NCBI GenBank assembly: GCA_002269645.1
Contig: NIVC01000570.1
Coordinates: forward strand, 372,001 to 436,000
Length of the DNA: 64,000 nt
Direction of reading: 5' to 3'
Source: Macrostomum lignano
Taxonomy: Eukaryota
Shown here: one piece after another, positions 11,643-22,909 of the stretch
Numbering within the stretch: the first letter of the stretch is position 1
Layout: the number at the start of each line of letters is the position of its first letter
The notes under the pieces: model-generated
What the model was told of the DNA's origin: nothing
Database searches by the model: none
Seen by the model: the letters and a program-made list of their open reading frames with translations, nothing else
Made by a program: the position numbers and the translations under genes

Positions 11643-13495
11643 AATGTTTGACATGGTGGCTCTTTTATGTTTGACATGGTGGCTCTTTATTGTTCGACAT
11701 GGTGGCTTTTTTATGTTTGACATGGTGGCTCTTGTATGTTCGACATGGTGGCTCTTTTAATGGTCGACATGGTGGCTCTTTAATGTTCTTCATGTTGGCT
11801 CTTTTATGTTTGACATGCTGGCTTTTTTATGTTTGACATGGTGGCTCTTTTATGTTCGACATGGTGGCTCTTTTATGTTCTACATGGCTGCTCTTTTATG
11901 TTCGACATGGTGGCTCTTGTATGTTCGACATGGTCGCTCTTTTGGGTTTGAAATGGTGGCTCTTTAATATTTGACAAGGTGGCCCTTTAATGTTTAACAT
12001 GGTGGCTCTTTAAATTTCGAAATGGTGGCTCCTTAATTTTCGAAATGGTGGCTGTTTTATGTTTGACATGGTGGCTCTTTAATGTTCGACATGGTGGCTC
12101 TTTAATGTTCTTAATGGTGTCTGTTTTATGTTTGACATGGTGGCTCTTTATTGTTCGACATGGTGGCTCTTTAATTTTCGAAATGGTGGCTGTTTTATGT
12201 TTGACATGGTGGCTCTTTAATATTTGACAAGGTGGCCCTTTAATGTTTAACATGGTGGCTCTTTAATTTTCGAAATGGTGGCTCCTTAATTTTCGAAATG
12301 GTGGCTCTTTTATGTTTGACATGGTGGCTCTTTAATGTTCGACATGGTGGCTCTTTAATGTTCGACATGGTGGCTCTTTAATGTTCTTAATGGTGTCTGT
12401 TTTATGTTCGACATGGTGGCTCTTTTATGTTCGACATGGTGGCTCTTTAATGTTCGACATGGTAACTCTTTTATGTTTGATATGGTGGCTCTTTTATGTT
12501 CGACATGGTGGCTCTTTAATGTTCGACATGGTGGCTCCTTTAGGTTTGAAATGGTGGCTCTTTAATGTTTGACATTGTGGCTCTTTTATGTTCGACATGG
12601 TGGCTCTTTTAGGTTTGACATGGTGACTCTTAAATGTTTGACATGGTGGCTCTTTAATGTTTCACATGGTGGCTCTTTAATATTTGACATAAAGTCACAT
12701 ATATGTTTGACATGGTGGCTCCTAAATGTTTGACATGGTGGCTCTTTAATGTTCGACATGGTGGCTCCTTAATTTTCGAAATGGTGGCTCCTTAATTTTC
12801 GAAATGGTGGCTGCTTTATGTTTGACATGGTGGCTCTTTAATGTTTGACATGGTAACTCTTTTATGTTTGATATGGCTGCTCTTTTATGTTCGACATGGT
12901 GGCTCTTTAATGTTCGACATGGTGGCTCCTTTAGGTTTTAAATGGTGGCTCTTTAATGTTTGACATTGTGGCTCTTTTATGTTCGACATGGTGGCTCTTT
13001 TAGGTTTGACATGGTGGCTCTTAAATGTTTGACATGGTGGCTCTTTAATGTTTCACATGGTGGCTCTTTAATATTTGACATAAAGTCACATATATGTTTG
13101 ACATGGTGGCTCTTTATGTTTGACATGGTGGCTCTTTTATGTTCGACATGGTGGATCTTTTTTGTTCTACATGGTAACTCTTTTATGTTTGATACGGTGG
13201 CTTTTGAATGTCTGACATGTTGGCTCTTTTATGTTTGACATGGTGGCTCTTAATTGTTTGACATAGTGGCTCTTTAATGTTCAAAATGGTGGCTCTTTAA
13301 TGTTCGAAATGGTGGCTCTTTAATGTTCGAAATGGTGGCTGTTTTATGTTTGACATGGTGGCTCTTTTATGTTCGACATGGTGGCTCTTTAATGTTCGAC
13401 ATGGTAGCTCTTTAATGTTCGACATGGTAGCTCTTTTATGTTTGACATGGTAACTCTTTTATGTTCGATATGTTGGCTCTTCTATGTTTGACATT
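11643..13495. repeat. Minisatellite C, ~23-bp unit TGTTCGACATGGTGGCTCTTTAA
   Basis: About 80 tandem units; distantly similar to satellite A (ACATG..GCT..T.ATG). Confidence 0.95.
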
Positions 13496-13545
13496 GCGCT
13501 TCTTTGATGTTTAGCAGTTTTGTTGTGTTTTTAAGGTGTTTTAAT

Positions 13546-13627
13546 AAAAAAATCTTTTTGCACTACTATGATTCGAACCCAGGTCGCTACATTAGCATTC
13601 CAGTCTGTTCGCATCAGGGCTATCTCT
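13546..13627 (-). promoter_or_regulatory. tRNA-derived Pol III-type head 3
   Basis: Minus strand ...GAATGCTAATGTAGCGACCTGGGTTCGAATC then T7; same position relative to its satellite as heads 1 and 2. Confidence 0.5.
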
Positions 13628-14147
13628 TTTCAATTGGAGAACATGAATTGTGGCCCTTATAATTCAATTCTTACAGCAAGTCAATTGGAGTAAAAAGTTA
13701 TGACATAATCAATTTCTCAGTCAGCCAGTATCAGTCTCAATTTAAGTTAGCAATATGGTTACGCAATTTAAATCAAGTCGTGTGTGCATTTCTTCGGTAC
13801 TGTTTTCAACTTGTTGTGATGCAATCTTTATCACAATCGGAATTCAGTCAGTCAGTTTTTTCTCTAGCATTCTTACAATGCATTTCAGGTCGAAAGAGCT
13901 GCTTGACCTTTGCAAAAAAGCATGTTTTTCGAATATTTAATCCCTTTAAAATTGAGCAATTTCTTAGCCAAGATGCATGTACCGTCCCAGGAAAATTTCT
14001 GATCGAATGGTGCAAGTTTGAAGAAAATCGGTTGAGCCATTTTTTTCTGAAATCTATCGCATACCTACCTACCTACCTACCCACAGACAACTCATTTTTA
14101 GTATATAGGAATTCAAGCATACAAACCTTAGAGATTTAGTATATTTA

Positions 14148-14268
14148 GATGCATGTACCGTCACGGAAAAATTTCTGATCGAATGGTGCAAGTTCGAATA
14201 AAATCGGTTGAGCCGTTTTTGCTAAAATCGATCACACACATACCAACAGACCATTTTTAGTATATGGA
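14148..14268 (-). mobile_element. Extra Helitron-like 5' end fragment
   Basis: Matches 10650-10770; begins A|TC on the minus strand, so the whole 5699-14268 block has A|TC...CTAG|T ends. Confidence 0.55.
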
Positions 14269-14330
14269 TATACGTAGTAGATGTTTTGTTGACAAACATG
14301 GCGAGCCTCAATAATCCGGTCCTAGGTAAT

Positions 14331-14503
14331 AGATATGCAAAAGGCAGTTTCAACCTGCAAACCACACACACGGAAATATTGAAGAACGTTATTTGTCGAA
14401 TATTCAGAAACCGATATTTCGGCCAGAACCTGGCCTTCGTCAGGGTTTATACTTGAGGTATAAAAACGATTATTTTGGCAGTGAAGTTATTTAATCAGAA
14501 ATT
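14331..14503 (-). repeat. ~170-bp hammerhead-containing dispersed repeat, copy 2
   Basis: Near-identical to 4627-4797. Confidence 0.75.
14408..14448 (-). ncRNA. Minimal type I hammerhead ribozyme motif (CUGACGA variant)
   Basis: Same fold as 4703-4743; U-to-C change at the variable position 7 of the core. Confidence 0.72.
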
Positions 14504-14641
14504 ATTATAGCATCGGAAAATATATTGATGCTGCACTTTATTGTATTTTGACAATCTCCCTACGCGTAACTCAACGTGCAAGTCTCTGAATTCCAGCGTA
14601 TCTTGACATTTTACCCGTTAAAAAACCTTACCGTGCTTCGG

Positions 14642-14803
14642 CAGTTTGAGACAGCGGAGAGACAGTTTGAGACAGCGGAGAGACAGTTTGAGACAGCGGA
14701 GAGACAGTTTGAGACAGCGGAGAGACAGTTTGAGACAGCGGAGAGAGACAGTTTGTGACTGCGGAGAGACAGTTTGAGACAGCGGAGAGACAATTTGAGA
14801 CAG
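14642..14803. repeat. 21-bp minisatellite CAGTTTGAGACAGCGGAGAGA upstream of peptide copy 3
   Basis: About 7-8 units; inverted homologue at 32575-32835. Confidence 0.9.
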
Positions 14804-15185
14804 ATTCTAAAAATCCTAGTTTCAAACATTTATTCTGCACTTTTAAAAGCTAGTGTAATTTGGCTTTACTATACAACTGCTCAAATAGAGCTCCGTGTTG
14901 TGTAGTGCAGCGCGATTAGTGGGATATATTTGCACTGAGAAAACGTTAGAGCGGTACTTGTTTCATTGCTCGGGTGTCAACAAGCAAATAAATGCTACAT
15001 GATATTCGAGTAAAGCAACGCCTGTCTCTGCTCACGCGAAGCAACTCAAACAACGCCGTTCCTCGGACCGGAAACACGTGCCGATCCGATGCGTATATAT
15101 TCGAAGCTGCGACTGCTCAACACAACAAGCTCAGACTCGACTCAATCTACACACAGCTCGAAGAATCGACTCGACTCAAGCAATC

Positions 15186-15368
15186 ATGAAGTGGCAACTG
15201 GTTCTCGGACTTCTGGTGCTCGCAGCCCTGGTCGTTGTCGAGCCCTCGGAGGCCAAGGCCGAAAGCGAGTCGAAGGAGGATCCGTCCGACTCGGACGATT
15301 CCAAGCTGTCGGAGGAGCAGTTCCCGAAGCTGAGGAAGAAGGGCTTCCACGTTCATTTTCATGGTTAG
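15186..15368 (+). CDS. Secreted His-rich prepropeptide, copy 3 (GFHVHFH-G)
   Basis: ATG at 15186 within ORF 15078-15368; 60 aa, family architecture intact. Confidence 0.85.
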   Translation: MKWQLVLGLLVLAALVVVEPSEAKAESESKEDPSDSDDSKLSEEQFPKLRKKGFHVHFHG

Positions 15369-15574
15369 ATGAGCCACATCGCACATCGAAGTCGCTTCAT
15401 GAATCGGAAGATTAAGGCAACTCACAGCTGGCCGGACTTTGAACTTTGACTCGGAACTGCCCAATTCTAAACGATAAACGTAATATTTGCCCGTATTTGC
15501 TGGTTAATTTTAAGAAATATAACAACCAGAACAGTATATTAGCTACCCAATGAAGCTATAATCTCTGTGTTTTA

Positions 15575-16125
<551 letters not shown>

Positions 16126-16129
16126 ATTG

Positions 16130-16560
16130 CCGGGGGCAATTCGCTGTTTAGTTTTACCAAATGTAACAACAATTGCAATTTAATTAGGCACCCAATGCAA
16201 CTAGTCTCAGCCATTTGATCGACTTCCTCGCAGGCCTCAATCGGACGCTTATTCGTGAATTCCTGCAGGTGCAGATCAAGGGTAGCTTTATAGGCTTCCA
16301 ATCAGTGTTGCGGACGTTACGCCTCCAAGTACTCAAGGACTGGAGCTTAGTGTCGATGGAGCAGAGGTCAGACAGGGGGTTCCTTCGATTAGACCTCCTC
16401 CAGTTCCATATTTCAGCCATTGGTGCAGCTAGGGCCACAAATTCAAGTCAGAGTAAGCCAGAACTTACCGTTTCGCATCCAAGGGTTCATGGATCAAGAT
16501 AAGGACTGGCCTGGACAACTGACCATCTTCATCAAATTTACTGACGCAAGTGCACAAGCC
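16130..16560 (-). mobile_element. Internally deleted fragment of the R1/LOA-like LINE seen at 44-46 kb
   Basis: Matches 44900-45060 and 45560-45650 (STWRRNVRNTDW, LHLQEFT motifs). Confidence 0.7.
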
Positions 16561-17042
16561 CTTTTGGACGGCTTATTTGGTCACATGTCGGTGACAGTTA
16601 CGAATCGCCCAAGAAATCATAATTGAATAGCGAAGTTAAAATTAGCTATAGAATATTTATAAAATCTTCCTTTAAGTTGGTTAGGTATCTTCAATTATAA
16701 ACTTCGATGAAATTGAAAGAATAAGCCATAACTTTGGAACACATCTTATCGAATCCACAAGTTTTCGTTGAATTTTATTCGCGACATCATTATCCGCAAG
16801 TCAATAAATCTATGCAAGTCCTTTTAAAAAAGAAATTCACAAAGCTGATCAGACGCATATTTTAGTTGCTTTATTGCTGGTTGTTATATTTGGTAAAACT
16901 GATCAGAGTATAAGGACTGAGCAGATTTCACGTATACCATTCAGAATTGGACGGTTCCTAGTCAAAGTTCAAAGTCCGGCCAGCTGTGAGTTGCCTTAAT
17001 CTTCCGATTCATGAAGCGACTTCGATGTGCGATGTGGCTCAT

Positions 17043-17225
17043 CTAACCATGAAAATGAACGTGGAAGCCCTTCTTCCTCAGCTTCGGGAACTGCTCCTCC
17101 GACAACTTGGAATCGTCCGAGTCGGACGGATCCTCCTTCGACTCGCTTTCGGCCTTGGCCTCCGAGGGCTCGACAACGACCAGGGCTGCGAGCACCAGAA
17201 GTCCGAGAACCAGTTGCCACTTCAT
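17043..17225 (-). CDS. Secreted His-rich prepropeptide, copy 4 (GFHVHFH-G)
   Basis: ATG at 17225; protein identical to copy 3; convergent with it. Confidence 0.85.
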   Translation of the reverse strand: MKWQLVLGLLVLAALVVVEPSEAKAESESKEDPSDSDDSKLSEEQFPKLRKKGFHVHFHG

Positions 17226-18403
17226 GATTGCTTGAGTCGAGTCGCGTTGCTTTGATTCTTCGAGCTGTGTGTAGACTGAGTCGAGTCTGAGCTTGTGTTG
17301 AGCATTCGGCAGCTGCGAATTTATACGCATCGGATCGGCACGTGTTTCCGGTCCGTCTAGCGACGCTGTTGGAGTTGAAGGCTTTCACGTGAGCAGAGAC
17401 AGGCGTTGCTTTAAGCGAATATCATGTATCGTTTATTTGCTTGTTGACACCAGAGCAATCAAACAAGTACCGCTCTAGCTTTTTTTCAGTGCTAATGGAT
17501 CATACATCGACACCGCCCTGCACTGCACTGCACGCTCTTTTTTCAGACTCTAAATCAGTTGCATAGTGACTACTTATCGACTGTGGAGGCAAAAAGTGCG
17601 AAATCGGGAAATTTGAGATATATCGAGATATAACGAGATTTTTGTTTGGGCCACTTCGTGTCGCTTTCTTAACTTTCGATTCTAGTTCTCAACTTGTCAG
17701 ATGCTATTTAGAACTCCTTATATTTAATTCCTCACCCTTACTTCAGCGGATTATGAGAGCTGATTTCGACTAATCGAACAAAGCAGAAAATGGGGAAGAA
17801 TTAGTCACATGCATGGCAGCGAGCCATTTGTCTGCATATATTCTGAACTGACCTTCTTTCGTTCCATCTACCGAGGGCAGAGCGACAACAGCCGACTTGC
17901 TACGGCTGTGTTTTCTTCAAGATCAATCTGTCTGAATGAATACTATTAAATCATTGCAACGCCATCAGGTTCTCATTGAAGACTTCTTTGAATGAGGTCG
18001 ACAAGATTTGTAATAAACAGTTCAGAACCCGCTGTAGTGAGTAAAGTAGTTGAAGTGCTGTGAGTTTGACATAATCTGGAGTTGCATGATTTACCAAACC
18101 TCATTGCTGATTAAATCGGTCTCAGTTTTCTTTGAACGATCTCGCTAAGATGGCAAGGGACTTAATAAATTTTACTTCTGTCAAAACATTTGATAGAAGA
18201 TATAATACTCTTGATTAGCGGGCAGAAATCCCGAGAAATCTCCGAAGAAGCTCGCAAGTTTAGGGTTACGATTGTGTTAAAAGGCTAGCGGGCAAATAAA
18301 ACCACTCAAAAGCGTACGGCACGAAAACCCTGCTAAAAGTATGACGATTTTTGCCTCAGTAGCCACGAGTTTCCATAGACATGGAACTAATATAAGTAAT
18401 ATT

Positions 18404-18951
18404 CCTTTTTACGTTCTATTTGATAAAAACTGCAACCAATTTGGCCACGGCTCAGCCTGACGCAGCCGCAGCAATTTTCCATAGACAGCCACCGCTAGCG
18501 GCAACCAATTTGGTAAAAACTGCGAGCTATTTTGCCAGCTTGAAGATAGCAGCTCAATAGCATAACAATAACGATAAAGAATGTTAACAATACATGCACG
18601 AAGTCAGAACATTATGTCCTCAGCATTCAAGCACCGATTGAAGTACGTCTGGGAATGGTTGATCCAGCGCAGGCACTTGAGAGGCGTGATGCCAAGCTGC
18701 CAAGCTCTCCGCAGTCGTCGCCACTCCTGTACGCTCTCACGATTCGCTCTCGATCCAGCTGACTTATCTTTTGGTACGGCCCACGATTCGCCATCAGAGC
18801 AGCTGCTATCTTCAAGCTGGCAAAATAGCTTGCAGTTTTTACCAAATTGGTTGCCGCTAGCGGTGGCTGTCTATGGAAAATTCTATGTCTATGGTCAGGC
18901 TGAGCCGTGGCCAAATTGGTTGCAGTTTTTATCAAATAGAACGTAAAAAGG
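18404..18951. mobile_element. Internally deleted DNA transposon or MITE with ~150-bp terminal inverted repeats
   Basis: CCTTTTTACGTTCTATTTGATAAAAACTGC... is mirrored at the right end; the interior minus-strand MANRGPYQKISQLDRERIVRAYRSG resembles a transposase N-terminal HTH. Confidence 0.7.
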
Positions 18952-18981
18952 TATATTCAACTTAAACCCCAAGACTGCGGA

Positions 18982-21305
18982 TGGCCTGCTCTGCAGGTCA
19001 TGGTCTCATATCTATGGTCTGCGGCTCAATTTGCTGCTGATATGTGAAAACATGTCTAACGAGTCTTAGTTTGCGGCTGTGGCCTGCAGAGCAGGCTATG
19101 AAAAGTCGGTTGTCTTAAGTAACTTTTTTGTTTCTTTTAACATCTGATTTTTTCTATACTATAGCGCAACAGGGATACTAAACGAGTTATGAAGTGTGAA
19201 TATATTTTCTCAACAGTCATTGGAACAGTGAATAAAAGTTCAAAGACATAGTGAAAAATTTACGAAAACAAGTAATACGAACAAGTTTAAAATGATAAGC
19301 GAATAATTCAACAACGACCAACAAACATCGATAACACCAAGCACGAGTAGCAGTCATAGGCATAACAGCAGGTGAGTCACAATTTAACAAATAGTCATAA
19401 TTAATTTTGATTGGCATGCCAATCTCCGAAGCAGGGCACAGCGCAAAAATCTGGATTTCCCTGGCAGTGATCGCAACAATAGACAGTTTTCTTGACTCGG
19501 CCACTCTTGTAACACTGTCTGCAACGCTTGGCTGGGCCGAGCCTGGGCACCTGTTGGCCGGAGGCGCTTCAGGAGATGCTGCTGCCTATTGGGTCCTGTG
19601 CCAGGCTGTGCTTGAATTTGCCGGTTCCATGCAGGTCCAGTAGTCTGGATGAAGCCCTTGATGGTTAATTCCAGGAACTTCAGGAAGTCGTACGAGCCGC
19701 CACGAGACTGGTACACAACCCAACCGTTTCTGACAAGGACCAAGAAAAAGTGGGCCCCTAGCTTGGCAAACCACTTTTGGGTCCTTCTGTTTGGGCTATA
19801 CGGCTGTAGGCCAGAGTCCAGCTTATCAACACCGCCCATGAAGCTATTGTACGATGTTGCTGTTAGAGGCTTGAGCTCTACAACTTCATGATTTCCTTGA
19901 ACAGTGCGGTGAACATGTTGAATGGCGGCGGCATTTTTGGTGTCAATAAAATACACCGTCTTTGTACCAGATGCCTTTCTGACGACGTACTTCACAGCAA
20001 GTACACTGCCGCTTCGCATGAAGGCACAGCCTGGAGCGGGCACGGCCAGATCTCTCAGTTCAACGGGGACACCGCGGTTTGCACGCACTGTGCAAGTCAG
20101 CATGCCGTGATGCAGCAGGTAGTCTGCTAGGCGATGCGATCCGAACCAGCTGTCGCAAACGACATGGTAGCCAAGGTCCAGTACATATCGGCATGTCTCA
20201 ACCAGCACCTTCTCGCTCATCGAAAGTCCTTCACATCCCAGATCTTGACCAAACTTATCATTCTCGGGTCTGCTCGAATGCACAAGAAAGTTGCAAACAT
20301 AACCTGTTTTTGCCTCACACAAGCAATAAATATTAATGTCATACCGCGCTTTCTTAGCTGGAATATATTGGCGGAACAGTACTCTTCCTCTGAGCAGCAC
20401 CAGTTCTTCGTCTACGCTTAGCTCCTTCTCTGGCATGTACACGTGATCCGCGACACACAGTTGATGAAGGGCCTGGCCTTAGCCAGAGGATCAGCGGCGT
20501 CAAAGTTGGAGCAGTCATAGAAGCGTAGTAGACTGCTGATCTGCTGAAACCTGTCTCTTGGCAGACATGCTTGCTGCTGGAAGAATGGCGGAGAATAGAA
20601 CTCGCTTTTAGACCAATAATGGGTCACTTCCGGTTTTTTCACTACTCCCATATAGAGTGACACTGCGACGAACTTTGACATCTCATTTACAGTGACATCC
20701 TTCCAGCTGGAAAATCGCGATGGTACATGTAGCTGTTCATCCTGAAAATCTTCGAACTCGGGCAAACGCTCGAGCATTCGTCCAGTCGCACAGCTTCTGT
20801 AGCAATTCGGGTGTCAAAAACCTTCGGCTGAAAGCTACTGGATCTTCGTCAGCGTTCTCGGGTTGCGGCAAATCCGGATTGACACCTGGCATGCCAAGGA
20901 ACTCGGGGTCCTTGTTCGGCTTCTGATCTTGGCCAGGGTGGCATGCATGCCAAACATTGGTTGCACCATGGGCAGCGGCCAAACCTTCATCTACCTCTTG
21001 CATTTCCATGCCTCCTTGTTCGGTTTCGTCCTCATCATCAGTGGAAAAACTGTCGTCTCCTTCTTCAAACTCGGGATCAGTATCAGTATCAAAATGCTCC
21101 GCTTGAGCCATAATGACGATAAATAGTTTTTAAAAAATTGAAAAGGACGTTAATAGACACTGCTCTAGCTTAAAAACTGAGCCACAAGCTGTACAAATAA
21201 AATCCTAAAGTTTCAAAGACTAAATACTCAGTAGAAGCTGCTACCGCAAACTAAAGACATGTCAGCCAAAGATTAAAAAATGTTTATGACCTGCAGGGCA
21301 GGCCA
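18982..21305 (-). mobile_element. piggyBac-family DNA transposon
   Basis: Inverted repeats TGGCCTGCTCTGCAGGTCAT (18982) and ATGACCTGCAGGGCAGGCCA (21286), 19/20 match, flank a transposase; exact TTAA ends not resolved. Confidence 0.8.
19401..21111 (-). pseudogene. piggyBac transposase (PGBD4-like), about 3 frameshifts
   Basis: Catalytic motifs LSVDE, VCDSWF, MGGVD; C-terminal Cys-rich domain CRQC...CDHC...CAVPCFGDWH in a shifted frame. Confidence 0.9.
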
Positions 21306-22229
21306 AGCCGCAAACTGTGTCTATGGCATAATTTAAGTGAGAAAGAAATCCATAAATCAGTCATCTCATGCACTGCAAGGTTCAGATTGAAAGCGTTGAA
21401 GCGAAGCAATGATCGACAACATTGTCGTTCCTGTGAACGAATGCGGAACCCGCGGTAAAGAAAGAAGCAGTTACGATAGGCAGTATTGTTACCCTTGCCA
21501 CTGTGTTGGTAGTAGGGGCGTTTAAACTGCGGGGGGGGGCTCGCTTGGCTGGGGCGGGTGCGTGCGGGGTTGCGTGTGCTGCGGGGGGCGGGGGTCACGG
21601 GGTGCTAGCTTGATTTCTTATTTAGTCCGGTCCTCCGCTTGTTCGCCGTGCCTTCGTGTTTGCTCAGATTTTTTTAGCTTTTTTTTCTCATTCGGCTATT
21701 AAATCTTTCGCAAGAAATAAATAATTCTTCGGCTGCCATTTTTTTTTCGACCAGCGGAGGTTCCGTTTCGCGCCATCCCTTGTCTTGCCTCGTTCCTTTC
21801 CCCGCGGTTTAACTGTGAATATCTCGATTTCGAGCATTAATTTTCCAAAATAAATAGGTACTCGTGATCGCATTTGATTTGATTTGAGTGTGCAACGGAT
21901 TAAAAATTAAATTCTCGTAGAGTGCGGGCAGTGCATTGCAGTGTGAAGCGGTGTGTAAGATGCATTCGCACTGAGAAAACGCTTGAGCAGTACTTGTTTG
22001 ATTTCTCGCAGGTGTCAACAAGCAAATAAACGCTACATTATATTCGGGTAAAGCAACGCCTGTCTCTGCTCACGCGAAAGCCTTCACCTCAAACATCGTC
22101 GCTAGACGGACCGGAAACACGTGCCGATCTGATGCGTATAAATTCGTAGTTGCCGACTGCTCAAAGCAACAAGCTCAGAATCGACTCAATCTACACACAG
22201 CTCGAAGAATCGACTCGACTCAAGCAATC

Positions 22230-22412
22230 ATGAAGTGGCAACTGGTTCTCGGACTTCTGCTATTCGCAGCCCTGGCCGTCGCCCAGCCCTCGGAGGCCAA
22301 GGCCGAAAGCGAGTCGAAGGAGGATCCATCCGACTCGGACGATTCCAAGCTGTCGGAGGAGCAGTTCCCGAAGCTGAGGAAGAAGGGCTTCCACGTTCAT
22401 TTTCATGGTTAA
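22230..22412 (+). CDS. Secreted His-rich prepropeptide, copy 5 (GFHVHFH-G)
   Basis: 60-aa ORF in track; intact architecture. Confidence 0.85.
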   Translation: MKWQLVLGLLLFAALAVAQPSEAKAESESKEDPSDSDDSKLSEEQFPKLRKKGFHVHFHG

Positions 22413-22909
22413 ATGAGCCACATCGCACATCGAAGTCGCTTCATCGAAGATTAAGACAACTCAGCTGACCGGACTTTGAACTCTGACTTAGAATCGCCCA
22501 ATTCTAAATGATAGACGTGAAATCTACTCAGTCTTTATTCGCTGATCAGTTTTACCAAATATAACAACCAACACCATCTAATAAGGTACTCAATGCTGCT
22601 ATAACGTTTGCGTTTTTGAGCTTTGTAAATTTCTTCAAGTCGCAGGTCGTCATGTGGAGAACCTCTCGGTGCAGCTACTTGTACGAGTAGATAAGGGTTT
22701 TTAAAAGGAAATGCATCGAAGATTTATTGCAATCGTTACTCTCTGAGTAAGGGGTGTTAGACACGCCGGAGGGTGCCACTGTACATATCGCTGTACTTTG
22801 GCAGGGGTTGAGGTGTGGGGGTGTTGGCCGCGCCGGCCAGCTTAAAGCCTCTGCACCCGGCCCGGCTTGGCTCCGCCGCAATTTTTCAATTTTTTGCTCA
22901 GCCACCGCC

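Larger units (their letters stand above)
10771..14110 (-). mobile_element. Non-autonomous Helitron-like element B, head-to-tail with element A
   Basis: CTAG plus CGCCCCCCGATGGGGG hairpin at 10771 directly abuts the TC end of A; 5' TCCTATATACTAAAAATG at 14110; 13640-14110 is homologous to 10240-10770. Confidence 0.6.

Noticed and set aside
7040-13495. Leader-plus-repeat arrays as CRISPR-like arrays
   Set aside because: Units are head-to-tail with no unique spacers, there are no cas genes, and the context is eukaryotic
14915-14935. GGGATATATTT-type sites as NF-kB elements upstream of the peptide genes
   Set aside because: They do not fit GGGRNWYYCC and are not conserved across copies
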